A stretch of 64,000 bases of DNA from Desulfovibrionales bacterium (GTDB lineage: Bacteria > Desulfobacterota > Desulfovibrionia > Desulfovibrionales > Desulfovibrionaceae): positions 46,935-110,934 of the forward strand of contig JASGMV010000001.1 in NCBI GenBank assembly GCA_030156255.1, given 5' to 3'. The notes beneath the pieces are model-generated. The model did not search any database, was not told where the DNA came from, and saw nothing but the letters and a program-made list of their open reading frames with translations. The position numbers were made by a program, and so were the translations under genes. Position 1 is the stretch's first letter; every line of letters starts with the position of its first letter. Below are positions 28,001-37,996 of the stretch, piece by piece.

Positions 28001-29755
28001 ATGTTTTCAAGGACCATGGAAGACCAGCTTGGCGCCAGTAATTCCGCGGTCAACGCTATCCTCGACACATCATTCCCGCCTGTCTGGGATATTTCCACGT
28101 TGTACGCCTCCCCTTCGGACCCGGCCATTGAAGCCGATATGGGTCTGCTGGAGCTTGATGCGAGCATTTTCAGCGACGGACGCATCCCGGGAGACGATCC
28201 GGCCGCTTTGCAGCGGCGGGAAGAGATCGCCGGAGGCCTGCGCCGCCTGGAGCGCTACGTCGAACTGCTGGAGGCGGAAGGATGCGAGGCGCCGGAACTC
28301 AAGGCCCGCGTCCGGAAATTTGCACGATCCCTCCACCAGCGAATGCTGGCGTTCGACCTGCATTTAGGCCAGGTCCCGGACAACGCCCCGGCCGCGCAGG
28401 AGCGTCCCTGGATCGTCGCCAAGGCCCGACGCCTCGCTTCTGACGGGCTTGGCGCCCAACGGGAAATGCAGGCCCGAGGCCTGGACGACGCCGCCGAGTG
28501 GGCCGACCGCCACGCAAAAAACCTGGCGGAAATTCGCGCAGGGCAAAAAGATGAAAACCTCATCCAGCTTCGCGCCGGATTGGCCTCGCCCGACCCGTCC
28601 AGGCGCGCCGCCGCCGCGGACGCTCTCGGGCACGGGCTCGCCGGACGCCTGGACGCCCTGGCGGCGTGCCTGAACTCCATGGTTCGCCGGCGCTGCAAAG
28701 CGCAGCGGATTCGCGGCCTCGCCCACTGGCTGGACGCCTCGCGCCGGGAGCAGGGGGCGTCTTCGCAGTTGACGGAGGCGATCATCCCGACCGTGTCCGA
28801 GCACGCTCCGACCGCCCGTTCGTTTTACGACCTCAAGCGCCGCGCCTTGGGTTTGCCGGTGCTGTACGAGCGCGACCGGCTGGCGCCCTGGCCCGGCCTG
28901 GCGTCCCGATGCTCCTGGCCCGAGGCCTGCGCACTGGTCCTCGAATCCTTCGGCGGCGTTTCCAAACGGTTGAGAGCAGCGGCCCGCCGGGTTTTCGAGA
29001 GCGGACGCATCCACGCCGATCCGGACGCCGGAGGAAGCGCCGGCCCGTTTTGCCTCCCCGCCGGCGTACGCCCGGAGCCCTTTGTCCGCCTGCGTTTTCG
29101 CGGCGCAGTGGAGGACGTTTTGACCCTGGCCCACGAGACGGGCCACGCGGTCCACCACGTTTTGTCCCACGGCCAGGGACCGCTGCAGGATACGGCCGCT
29201 CCGATCATGGCCGAAACCGCCGCCTGCCTTTCAGAGGAGCTTGTCCTGCGCCGCCTTGTGGACCAGGGACGCCCCCAAGCCGCCCTGCACCGTCTGGAGC
29301 GGACCATGACGCTGGTCTTCCGGCAGACCGCGCTGCTTCGGTTCGAGGAGCGGATGTACGCCATCGGCGCCGAGCGCGGCTTCGGCTCTGCGGACCTTGA
29401 CCAAGCCTGGGCCGGGGCGCATCGCGCCGTCTACGGCGGAGGCCTACGATTGCACGCGGCCGCGGCGCATGACTGGGCCTTGGTCCCTCATTTCTATTTC
29501 AGCCCAGGTTACGTCGCAGCCTACGTCCTTGGCCGGCTTGCGGCGGCGGATTTGGCCCAGCGGCTGCTGCACCGGCAATCCGGGCTGGAAGACGCGCTGA
29601 TACAGGTCCTGAGCCAGGGACTCGGTCCCGGCGTGGACAAGCAATACCGAAGCCTCGGCTTGAACCCCAATCCTCCAAGCTTTCTGGACGCAGCCCTCAC
29701 CGAATGCCGCCGCCTGGTCCAACAGGCGACGGCGGCCTGCAACCCTTCAACTTAG
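28001..29755 (+). CDS. M3-family oligoendopeptidase (PepF-like)
   Basis: 'LAHETGHAVHH' HExxH zinc site; size and architecture fit oligoendopeptidase F. The track start 27977 is a TTG, so ATG 28001 is used. Confidence 0.85.
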   Translation: MFSRTMEDQLGASNSAVNAILDTSFPPVWDISTLYASPSDPAIEADMGLLELDASIFSDGRIPGDDPAALQRREEIAGGLRRLERYVELLEAEGCEAPELKARVRKFARSLHQRMLAFDLHLGQVPDNAPAAQERPWIVAKARRLASDGLGAQREMQARGLDDAAEWADRHAKNLAEIRAGQKDENLIQLRAGLASPDPSRRAAAADALGHGLAGRLDALAACLNSMVRRRCKAQRIRGLAHWLDASRREQGASSQLTEAIIPTVSEHAPTARSFYDLKRRALGLPVLYERDRLAPWPGLASRCSWPEACALVLESFGGVSKRLRAAARRVFESGRIHADPDAGGSAGPFCLPAGVRPEPFVRLRFRGAVEDVLTLAHETGHAVHHVLSHGQGPLQDTAAPIMAETAACLSEELVLRRLVDQGRPQAALHRLERTMTLVFRQTALLRFEERMYAIGAERGFGSADLDQAWAGAHRAVYGGGLRLHAAAAHDWALVPHFYFSPGYVAAYVLGRLAAADLAQRLLHRQSGLEDALIQVLSQGLGPGVDKQYRSLGLNPNPPSFLDAALTECRRLVQQATAACNPST

Positions 29756-29764
29756 GAGAACGCC

Positions 29765-30892
29765 ATGGATTGCGCCTCCCTGCGAGATGAATTCCCCGTC
29801 ACGAAAAGCGCCGTCTTTTTCAATAACGCCTCGGTTTCTCCCCTGCCCGCCCGCACCGCGGCCGTGGTCTCGGAGCTGGCGAAGGGCCGTTGCGCATCGG
29901 CCAGCGCCGATTTTCCCCGTTGGATGCAAGACGTGGAGGAAACCCACCGGCTTGCGGCGAAACTCGTCGGCGCCTCCTCCCCCTCGGAGATCGCCTTCAC
30001 GGCCAACACCAGCCACAGCCTGGGCTTCATGGCCGCAGGACTGGACCTCGGCGCGGGCGACGCCGTCTCCGTCACCTCTCCCGATTTTCCATCCGTGCTT
30101 TTCCCATGGCTCAATCTGGAGCGCCAAGGCGTCGAAGTGCGGCGCATCGAACGCAAAAACGGACGGTTCACACCCGAAGACGTGGAGCGAACGCTGGACG
30201 ACAAGACGCGGGTGGTGTGCATTGGCGCCGTGGACTGGGTCACGGGGTTCATGGCCGACATCGCAGAGATCGGCCGCCTCTGCAAGGATCGCGGCGTGTT
30301 CTTCTGCGTGGACGCCATCCAAAGCCTGGGCGTCACGCCCATGGACGTAGAGTCCATGGGCATCGACATGCTGGCCGCCGGAAGCCACAAATGGCTGCTG
30401 GCGCCCCAAGGCGTGGGGTTGCTGTACATATCCCAACGCGCGCGGGAGCGCGTCCGCCCCTCTGTGGCCGGCTGGCGCAGCATGAACGACGAAGAGGACT
30501 TCAAGCTAGAGTTCAACCTCAAGCCGGACGCCCGGGCCTTTGAGGCCGGGACCATGAACCTGTCCGGCATCCTCGGACTCAAAAGCTCCCTGGAGATGAT
30601 CCTCGATCTGGGCGCCCCGGCCATCCGTCAGCGCGTCCACAGCCTTGGCGGACAGCTCATCCACGGACTCAGGGAGCGCTCCATCGAACCGGTAACGCCG
30701 GAGGATCCCGGCCATCGCGCCGGCATCGTGAGCTTCAAGGCCCCCGGAGGCGCCGTAATGCTGCATCGCTACCTGGGGGATCAGAACGTGGTCTGTTCGC
30801 TGCGGGACGGAAACATCCGGCTCTCGCCGCACTTCTACAACAACGCGCAGGACGTGGAGGCGTTCTTCAAAATCCTGGACCAGATGCTGTAG
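29765..30892 (+). CDS. Class-V aminotransferase / cysteine-desulfurase-family PLP enzyme
   Basis: 'FFNNASVSPLP' and 'AAGSHKWLLAPQGVGLLY' (PLP-Lys region). Confidence 0.88.
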   Translation: MDCASLRDEFPVTKSAVFFNNASVSPLPARTAAVVSELAKGRCASASADFPRWMQDVEETHRLAAKLVGASSPSEIAFTANTSHSLGFMAAGLDLGAGDAVSVTSPDFPSVLFPWLNLERQGVEVRRIERKNGRFTPEDVERTLDDKTRVVCIGAVDWVTGFMADIAEIGRLCKDRGVFFCVDAIQSLGVTPMDVESMGIDMLAAGSHKWLLAPQGVGLLYISQRARERVRPSVAGWRSMNDEEDFKLEFNLKPDARAFEAGTMNLSGILGLKSSLEMILDLGAPAIRQRVHSLGGQLIHGLRERSIEPVTPEDPGHRAGIVSFKAPGGAVMLHRYLGDQNVVCSLRDGNIRLSPHFYNNAQDVEAFFKILDQML

Positions 30893-30988
30893 CCATTCTT
30901 CCGGCGGCCCTTCGGGTTCTGGCCCGACGAGGGCGAGAGCTATTCACGGTTTCGCTGAACACGAGAAGCAGAAAACCGCCGGACAGCG

Positions 30989-31927
30989 CTACCAGTTCTT
31001 TTCAAAAAACCGCAACCAGTTGCCTCCCATGATTCCAGCGACTGCGTCATCCGGATAACCGCGCCGAGCCAAGGCCTCGGCGAGCGCCGGCAGCAGGCCG
31101 GGATGCTCCAACCCACGATTCGGGGTGTCGAAGCCGCCGTAGTCCGACCCCAGGGCGACGCACGCCGGCCCGTGGCGCTGGACGGCCCAGTCCATGGCCT
31201 CGACAACGTCGTCCACGCCGGCGCTCCTTTCGGCGGACAATATCTCCGGAGCCACGGTCACTCCGGCGACGCCTCCTTGATCCACAAGGGCCGAAAGCTG
31301 TTCCGCGCTCAAATTGCGCGGCGTGTCGTTGAAGCGCCGAAATCCCGTGTGCGAGCACATGACCGGCCCGTCAAAAGCGGCCAGCGCCTCGAAAAAGCTC
31401 GCCTGGTTGAGATGCGCGGTGTCCAGGAAGAGTCCACGCCTCGCGAGCCTGGGCAAGAGCGCGCGGCCGGCGGCTGTCAAGCCATGGGCCGGGTCCACGC
31501 GGTCCCCGGCCGCGAGACGGTTCGGCCCGAAATGGGTCAATCCCACGATCTTGAATCCCTTGGCCGTAAAAGCGTCCAAGTCATAATCCGCCAAGGCGTC
31601 CGAGTTCTCCAACAGACGAATGGCTCTTGGCGGGCCCTGCTCCGCCTCGAAAGCGGCCCGGAGTTCGGCTGCATCAAAAATCGGCAAAATCTCCGGGGCG
31701 TAGCGGTCCAGATAGGCGACGGCGTCGTCCAGCGCTATCCCGAGTTCCGGGGGAAGCGAGGCGTCGGGCAGAAAATAGGCGCTAGCGAACACCCGCACGC
31801 CGCCCTGCTCCAACGCACTCGGAGAAAGCCGCCCCCCGTTGGCCTCGGCGAACGATCTCCCCGGATGGCTGAAGCGCAGGTAATGCAGCAAGTCGACGTG
31901 GCCGTCGATCACGGCGTAGCGGACCAT
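30989..31927 (-). CDS. Membrane dipeptidase (peptidase M19)
   Basis: 'VIDGHVDLL', 'MCSHTGF', 'VALGSDYGGF'. AGGAGG precedes ATG 31927. The track ORF is extended to 32053. Confidence 0.85.
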   Translation of the reverse strand: MVRYAVIDGHVDLLHYLRFSHPGRSFAEANGGRLSPSALEQGGVRVFASAYFLPDASLPPELGIALDDAVAYLDRYAPEILPIFDAAELRAAFEAEQGPPRAIRLLENSDALADYDLDAFTAKGFKIVGLTHFGPNRLAAGDRVDPAHGLTAAGRALLPRLARRGLFLDTAHLNQASFFEALAAFDGPVMCSHTGFRRFNDTPRNLSAEQLSALVDQGGVAGVTVAPEILSAERSAGVDDVVEAMDWAVQRHGPACVALGSDYGGFDTPNRGLEHPGLLPALAEALARRGYPDDAVAGIMGGNWLRFFEKNW

Positions 31928-32727
31928 CGTCTTTCTCCTCCTATTTGGCCGTTCAGCCAATCGAAAACCACGAGGCCCGCGAGCCGCCGGTTCTCCATGG
32001 CGCAATGGTTGTTCGTCCCTTCGCCGACCGGCGCCATCAACAACGGTAAGCAAAGGTTGCGGCGCCGATGCAACCCGAAGCGGTGCTTGAACGGCCCGCG
32101 CGCGCTCCTGCGAGCAAATCCGCCTAGAGAGGATAAACGCCTCTCAGGATGCAGTTGCCAGCTCCAAAGGTTATATTTTTATTCATGTATAAATAATTGC
32201 GCACGAAACTCCGAAATTTTTGTCGCAGATCCGCTCTTCCCTTGCCGCCGCCGATGGCGCCGTCGATCGAACAACCTGTTCCCGGCGTAGAGCGCGCGTA
32301 GCACAAACCACCCGACGATAGTTGAATAAAGCAAACTCATTTTGTCCGCGCCCCGCAAGGCTTGCCGGCATATCGTCCGCCGGCTCAAGCCACACCCGGC
32401 TTCGGATGCGAGCACTCCGCAGGCGCCAAGAAATCGAGGAAAACGTCCCCGGAAAGCCGCCAACAATTATGGCGCAAACGTTAAGTGTCGTATATTTGAA
32501 CTAGTTGCACCGTCAAACTAAATGGGGTACAAAACCGTTACTAGTGTAAAGTTCGTTTCTCTTTTATGCAAGGCTCGAGTTCACCGGGGGGGGAAAGGAG
32601 TCTGGGAGGACAATTCACCTGGGGACAAATCTTATCCATCGCTGAAGAGGTTGCGATTGATAATGTAATCGGCAAAATCCGCTGAGGATAGTTTCAGGTC
32701 ATTCGCCAGATGACAAAGGGGGAGGTT

Positions 32728-34908
32728 ATGAATCTTGTTTCCGGCCTTAACACCAAGTACAAGGTCATTTTGGTTTCATTGTTCTTCGTGGTCCTATTTC
32801 TTCTCTTATTTGGAATAAATTTTTACCAAACAGAATCTCTTGTTTCAAAGACGATCCTCCCGGCATATGAAAACGAAGCTATGCAGACGCATGAAAGTAC
32901 ACTGAAGAATATCATAGAACTCGAAGCGGACCTGTTGGCCCAAGCAGTTGAAGGAGCAACAACAAAAGAAGATATTATTCAACGAGTTACCCAACAAACA
33001 GATTTACTTCGCTTCTTCGACGACAGATCAGGATATTTCTTTACATATGATTTAGACGGCGTCCGCATCAATGTTCCAATCAATAAAAGCGGCAACGGGA
33101 AGAATCTGATCGACCTGAGGGACAAAAACAACATTCCCTTTGTTGCGGAATTCGTTAAGGCCGCGAAAGCTGGCGGAGGATTCGTTACATACTACTTTGA
33201 AAAAGAAGGAAAAGGAATACAGCCCAAACTGAGTTATATCAAACTCGTCCCCGGTACTGATATTCTCGTCGGGACGGGCGTCTACATCGACAACGTGCAA
33301 GAAAACCTCCAAGCCTTCCGCGACAAGATCAATCTACAACTGCATGACAATCAAAGGACAAGCGGCCTGATCTTGATCGGCATGCTCCTTGTCCTGGGCG
33401 TCATTCTCTTCTTTTTCACCTTGTCGATCATCCGTCCGCTCAAGCGTGCGGTGGACGTCGCCGACGCCTTGGCGAAAGGGGACCTCTCCGCGCGGCTGAA
33501 CATGAAGCGCAGGGACGAAATCGGCATTCTCGGGATGTCCATGGACGCTGTGGCGGATAGTCTCTCCAATCTGAGCACGAGCATCGTGGAGGCCGTTGAG
33601 CTTGCTTCGGCGGGCTTCCTGCGAAAAAAAATAAGCAGCAAGGGCTTCGAGGGAGACTACAAGGAGCTCATCGACCGCATCAACGACTGGGGCAGCAGCA
33701 TGTTGCAAGTGATCGATGGCATTCCCGCTCCCGTCATGATCCGCGACGCCGACAGGAATATGCGCTTCATCAATAAGGCAGGCAGCCTGGATATGGTGGA
33801 CGTGGACAATCTGCAGGGCCGCAAATGCAGCGACCATTTCAATACGGAAGACTGCGGCAATGGCCACTGCGCTTGCGACCGCGTGTTCCACACCGGCAAG
33901 AAGGAGCAGTCCTCCACGCAGGCTCGGCCGGCGAACGGAAAGGAGCTCGACATCAGCTACACAGGCCAGCCGATCGGCGACGACGCCGTGTGCGAGGTCA
34001 TAACCGACCAGACCGCCGTGCTGAAAACCCAACGCGCTATCCTCGGGATTGCAGACAAGGCCGAGGGCGTCGTGGCTTCCGCCTCCGAAGAGATATCAGC
34101 CCAGGTGGAGCAATCCAGCCGAGGCGCTGAAGAGCAGGCCAACCGGGTAAGCGAAACCGCCACGGCCATGGAGGAGATGAACGCAACGGTCCTCGAAGTA
34201 GCGAAAAACGCCGGGCAGGCCGCAACCACCGCGGATCAAGCAAAGAGCAAGGCCGAAGAAGGCGCCGCCTACATCCAGCAGCTGGTGGAGTTCATCGGCA
34301 AAGTTCTCGCCACCTCCAAGACCTCGCTCGAAGACATGGGGACGCTGGGCAAGCAGGCGGAAGGCATCGGCAATATCATGAACGTCATTTCCGATATTGC
34401 GGACCAAACCAACCTGCTGGCGCTCAACGCAGCCATCGAGGCTGCGCGCGCGGGCGAAGCGGGCCGGGGTTTCGCCGTTGTGGCGGACGAGGTGCGCAAG
34501 CTTGCTGAAAAAACCATGGCCGCAACAAAAGAGGTCGGCGAGGCGATCGAAGGCATCCAGGCCGGGACGAAAAAGAACTACTCGCAGGTTGAGCAGGCGG
34601 TGGACGCCGTTGAGGAGGCCACGAAGCTCGCCCATACCTCCGAGGAGTCGCTGCTTCAGATCGTTCAGTTCGTCGACAACACCGCGGACCAAGTGCGCTC
34701 GATCGCCACGGCTTCCGAGCAGCAGTCGGCCGCGAGCGAAGAGATCAACCGCTCCATCGAACAGATCGCCACCATTTCTTCGGAAACTTCGCAGGCGATG
34801 GCCCAGGCGGAACAGGCCGTGGTGGAGTTGGCGGACCAGGCGAACGTACTGAAGGGCCTCATTGACGAAATGAAGCAGAACCAGGCGTCCTCCGAGTCCA
34901 AGGCCTAG
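32728..34908 (+). CDS. Methyl-accepting chemotaxis protein (Cache-type sensor, HAMP, Cys-rich PAS-like module, MA domain)
   Basis: Periplasmic Cache-like region ('[10 protein letters not shown]', 'GGGFVTYYF') between two TMs. HAMP ('[19 protein letters not shown]'). Signalling hairpin '[38 protein letters not shown]'. Confidence 0.92.
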   Translation: MNLVSGLNTKYKVILVSLFFVVLFLLLFGINFYQTESLVSKTILPAYENEAMQTHESTLKNIIELEADLLAQAVEGATTKEDIIQRVTQQTDLLRFFDDRSGYFFTYDLDGVRINVPINKSGNGKNLIDLRDKNNIPFVAEFVKAAKAGGGFVTYYFEKEGKGIQPKLSYIKLVPGTDILVGTGVYIDNVQENLQAFRDKINLQLHDNQRTSGLILIGMLLVLGVILFFFTLSIIRPLKRAVDVADALAKGDLSARLNMKRRDEIGILGMSMDAVADSLSNLSTSIVEAVELASAGFLRKKISSKGFEGDYKELIDRINDWGSSMLQVIDGIPAPVMIRDADRNMRFINKAGSLDMVDVDNLQGRKCSDHFNTEDCGNGHCACDRVFHTGKKEQSSTQARPANGKELDISYTGQPIGDDAVCEVITDQTAVLKTQRAILGIADKAEGVVASASEEISAQVEQSSRGAEEQANRVSETATAMEEMNATVLEVAKNAGQAATTADQAKSKAEEGAAYIQQLVEFIGKVLATSKTSLEDMGTLGKQAEGIGNIMNVISDIADQTNLLALNAAIEAARAGEAGRGFAVVADEVRKLAEKTMAATKEVGEAIEGIQAGTKKNYSQVEQAVDAVEEATKLAHTSEESLLQIVQFVDNTADQVRSIATASEQQSAASEEINRSIEQIATISSETSQAMAQAEQAVVELADQANVLKGLIDEMKQNQASSESKA

Positions 34909-34955
34909 AGCATATGACGCTTGAAATGCTCTAGACGCAGAACAAGCGTTTTTCA
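34905..34955 (+). terminator. Stem-loop plus T-run after the MCP gene (contains a degenerate copy of the 'GAAATGC' element)
   Basis: ctagagcat (34905-34913) pairs with atgctctag (34926-34934), followed by 'gcgttttt'. Confidence 0.45.
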
Positions 34956-35143
34956 TCCCAAAAAACATCCCCAGGTCCGTTTGCCGGAATGTCGACGACC
35001 GGGCCTGGGGATTCCCGCTCGCAGCAGTTCCCTGGTCCTTGATTCGCAAAACGCCCGTCGGGCGACATTCCGCGCAAGCCGCCGACGCGCCTTATTGATC
35101 TATGGGCGGCGCATCCGGAAGGCCGGGGGGAGCGCCCGGCGCC

Positions 35144-35671
35144 TTACGGATTGGCGACACGGCGAGCCTCAATAAAGGTTCGCCGCCAATATTGATTATC
35201 GAGCCTGTCCACGCGGACGGTGGACCCGCTTTTCGGACTGTGCGCGAACGCGCTACGCCCGAGGTAGACGCCGACATGCAGCTCTTTTCCGGATCGCGTG
35301 CGAAAAAAAAGCAGGTCGCCGGGCCGTAAAGCGAACCTCTCCACGCGCCGGCCGGCGTGCATCTGCCGCCAGGAAACCCGAGGGATGTCCACGCCGACGG
35401 AGGCGTAAGCCCACCAGGCGAGCCCGGAGCAGTCGAACCCCTCGTCCGGGCTTTCGCCTCCATAGAGGTATGGAGCGCCCGCCATGGACCGGGCCAGGCG
35501 CGCCGCTGCGGCGCCGGGATCGGCCGTCAAGCCGCGAACCGGCTTGACGGACTGGGCCAGACCGGCGTCCACCGGGACCTTGGCGCACCCCCAGCCGAGA
35601 ACCATCGCCGCCAAGGCCGGAACAATCAGGCGAGCGGCGCGCCATGCGAAGACGTTCGTTTTCAGCGCCAT
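35144..35671 (-). CDS. NlpC/P60 (C40) cell-wall peptidase, secreted
   Basis: Signal peptide. Catalytic 'FDCSGLAWWAY' and 'LHVGVYLG'. Confidence 0.88.
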   Translation of the reverse strand: MALKTNVFAWRAARLIVPALAAMVLGWGCAKVPVDAGLAQSVKPVRGLTADPGAAAARLARSMAGAPYLYGGESPDEGFDCSGLAWWAYASVGVDIPRVSWRQMHAGRRVERFALRPGDLLFFRTRSGKELHVGVYLGRSAFAHSPKSGSTVRVDRLDNQYWRRTFIEARRVANP

Positions 35672-35949
35672 ACTTCGGCCTACCGGTTCACAACGCCGGA
35701 ATCAAGCCCCGCCCTCTGCACCACGCGGAAGAGAGCAACGTTTTTGACGAGTTGCGCCACGCGCCACGCCCGCAATCATCGCCAGGGGCTACGCCGAAAA
35801 CCAGCGCCTCACGACGGAAAAAGGAAGCGCCCGGCGCGCCGCTTTCATGACTTTTAGCGCGCATTGGAAATCGTTGCGTCGTTCCTTATCTTAGCTTACT
35901 CTTTTAAGGCTATCCATGAGAGTCCTCTTTCTTACGGCCAGGAGAGATT

Positions 35950-36354
35950 GTGAGCGAACACGAAAAAAAGGCGAAAGGACGCATCCTGCTCGCCGAAGAC
36001 AATCTCATCAGTCAGTTGGCGCTGAAACGGTTTCTTCAAACCAAAGGTTTCGAGGTCACCGGTGTGGAAAATGGCGAAGAGGCCCTGCGCCGCCTGAGGG
36101 AATCGTCCTACGACCTCGTACTGATGGACCTGCAAATGCCGATCATGGACGGCATCAGCGCGGCGCGCACGATCCGGGCGGGACGAAACGAACCCTTCAA
36201 CGCCGCCCTCCCCATCATCGCGCTGACCGCTTTTTCCTCCAGCGAGGACCGGAAGCTGACGTTCGAAGCCGGCATGAACCACCATATCGCAAAACCCATC
36301 GACTTCGACGACTTGTTGCGAGTCGTGGAGGATTGCCTGGAGACGCCGACATGA
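35950..36354 (+). CDS. Single-domain response regulator
   Basis: 'ILLAEDN', 'LVLMDLQMPIMDG', 'IIALTA', 'HIAKPI'. GTG 35950 follows AGGAGAG. Confidence 0.88.
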   Translation: MSEHEKKAKGRILLAEDNLISQLALKRFLQTKGFEVTGVENGEEALRRLRESSYDLVLMDLQMPIMDGISAARTIRAGRNEPFNAALPIIALTAFSSSEDRKLTFEAGMNHHIAKPIDFDDLLRVVEDCLETPT

Positions 36355-36782
36355 CGGCCAGGCCGAACTTGTGCGTGGTGGCGGCGGTTATCGAGTCCGA
36401 AGAGGGATTGTTGGCCGTGCGGCGGCCGGCGGGCAAGCCCTACGCAGGCTACTTCGAATTCCCCGGCGGCAAGGTCGAACCTGGCGAGAGCCTGGAGACG
36501 GCTCTTTCCCGCGAACTGCAGGAAGAGCTTGACGTCACCCCCGTGAAATTTGACTTCTGGCTGGAAAAAAGTCATGCTTATCCGGAATTTTACATCCGGC
36601 TGCACGTATTTCGAGTCCGGGAATTCTCTGGAGCGATCAAGCCGTTGGAAGGCCAGAGCCTCTGCTGGCTGGCTCCGGAAGCCGCAGAGCCCGAGGCTTT
36701 TCTCCCCGCTGACAGAGAGTTGGTCGACCTTTTGCGCCGGGAGGCCACCTCCCGGACCCCGAACGTCGACGCCGGCTCTTAA
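36351..36782 (+). CDS. Nudix hydrolase (MutT-like)
   Basis: Nudix box 'GGKVEPGESLETALSRELQEELDV'. ATG 36351 overlaps the regulator's stop (ATGA). Confidence 0.85.
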   Translation: MTARPNLCVVAAVIESEEGLLAVRRPAGKPYAGYFEFPGGKVEPGESLETALSRELQEELDVTPVKFDFWLEKSHAYPEFYIRLHVFRVREFSGAIKPLEGQSLCWLAPEAAEPEAFLPADRELVDLLRREATSRTPNVDAGS

Positions 36783-36801
36783 TTAGAACATTTCACGCCT
36801 G

Positions 36802-36846
36802 AAATGCTTGTTTAACGGCGGACGCAGCCCGCCTACAGGCATTTCG
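36802..36846 (+). repeat. 45-nt nested-hairpin intergenic element, copy A
   Basis: GAAATGCTTGT...ACAGGCATTTC outer stem enclosing GGCGG-N7-CCGCC. About 80% identical to 44530..44574. Confidence 0.7.
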
Positions 36847-36848
36847 CG

Positions 36849-36876
36849 GCAAGGAGTTGCTCGCAACTCCTTGCCG
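36849..36876 (+). terminator. Perfect 12-bp hairpin (terminator-like) after the RR-Nudix pair
   Basis: ggcaaggagttg-ctcg-caactccttgcc. A 'ttttt' run follows about 12 nt downstream. Confidence 0.5.
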
Positions 36877-37074
36877 GGCAGGCTAACTTTTTCAAGGTTG
36901 GCCTGTTCTAGCGGGAGCGCAAAACCCTGAACCAATTGCGCCCGCCAAAGGCGACCGCGCTGGGAGCGAATCGCCGCTTGTCGCGCCGGCGCGTCCCGCT
37001 ACGGCGTAGCGATTACCGCAAGCGGCGCCTTCTTGGAGCGCGCGGCTTGCGGTAAGAATATCAAGGAGCGATCC

Positions 37075-37950
37075 GTGAACGTCCCCGACATCATCAAAAA
37101 GAAAAAAAGCCCCTTCCTCTCGCTTGAATTTTTCCCACCCAAAGAACGTAGCGCCTGGCCTGAATTCTTCGAAGTCGCAAGCCGTCTCCAGGCGTTACAT
37201 CCGCTGTTCTGCTCCGTGACGTACGGAGCCGGCGGCGGAACCCAGGACAACACGCTGGAAATAGCATCAAAGCTTCAAAGCGAGTTGAAGTTCACGCCCT
37301 TGACGCATCTGACCTCCGTGGGCGCCACGCGGCGAAATATCGAAGCGTTCATCACAAGACTCCAGGAGGCCGGGCTCACCAACGTGCTTGCCCTGCGGGG
37401 CGACCCTCCCCGCGGCGTCGAAAACTTCGATTTTTCACGGCAGGAGTTCACCCACGCAACCGATCTGTTGCTCCTTCTCGAACAGCAGTTTCCCGGTATC
37501 TGCGCCGGCGCGGCGGGCTACCCGACGCTTCACCCCGAATCCCCGAGCGCCAAGGACGATCTGGCCTGGACAAAATACAAGGTCGAGTGCGGGGCCAAGT
37601 TCATCGTCACCCAGCTTTTCTTCGACAACCGGGCTTATTTCGACTTTGTGGACCGTTTGGCGGCCATGGGCGTTGACGTCCCGGTCATCCCGGGCGTACT
37701 GCCCATCTTGACCATGCACTCGCTGAAGTTCATTTTGTCGCTGTGCGGGGCGCCGATTCCGGGAAAGTTTTTCCTGGAGCTGGAGGAAGCCCACCAGCGC
37801 GGCGGCGAGAGCGAAGTCCGGAAAATGGGGCTCGAGTTCACCAAAATCCAGGCGCGGGGCCTCATGGAGGGCGGCGCGCCGGGCGTGCATCTGTACACGC
37901 TCAACAAAGACGACGCCTGCCTTGAAATCGGGCGGGACCTAGGATTTTGA
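37075..37950 (+). CDS. metF: 5,10-methylenetetrahydrofolate reductase
   Basis: 'SLEFFPPK', 'FCSVTYGAGGGT', 'NVLALRGDPP', 'IPGVLPI'. GTG 37075 follows AAGGAG. Confidence 0.9.
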   Translation: MNVPDIIKKKKSPFLSLEFFPPKERSAWPEFFEVASRLQALHPLFCSVTYGAGGGTQDNTLEIASKLQSELKFTPLTHLTSVGATRRNIEAFITRLQEAGLTNVLALRGDPPRGVENFDFSRQEFTHATDLLLLLEQQFPGICAGAAGYPTLHPESPSAKDDLAWTKYKVECGAKFIVTQLFFDNRAYFDFVDRLAAMGVDVPVIPGVLPILTMHSLKFILSLCGAPIPGKFFLELEEAHQRGGESEVRKMGLEFTKIQARGLMEGGAPGVHLYTLNKDDACLEIGRDLGF

Positions 37951-37996
37951 CAAGGCTACTTTCCGCCTACCCGGCGGACCAGATAAAGGAGAGCGT

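Noticed and set aside
32179-32340. Possible 53-aa membrane peptide ('MSLLYSTIVGWFVLRALYAG...') in the 800-nt gap upstream of the MCP
   Set aside because: Weak or no SD, a highly basic junk-like tail, and no conservation evidence available from the sequence alone.
32470-32710. Sigma-28 or sigma-54 promoter upstream of the MCP gene
   Set aside because: Only poor matches were found ('TGGCGCaaacgTTAAG' and 'GATTGATAA' with no correctly spaced TAAA). Not good enough to report.
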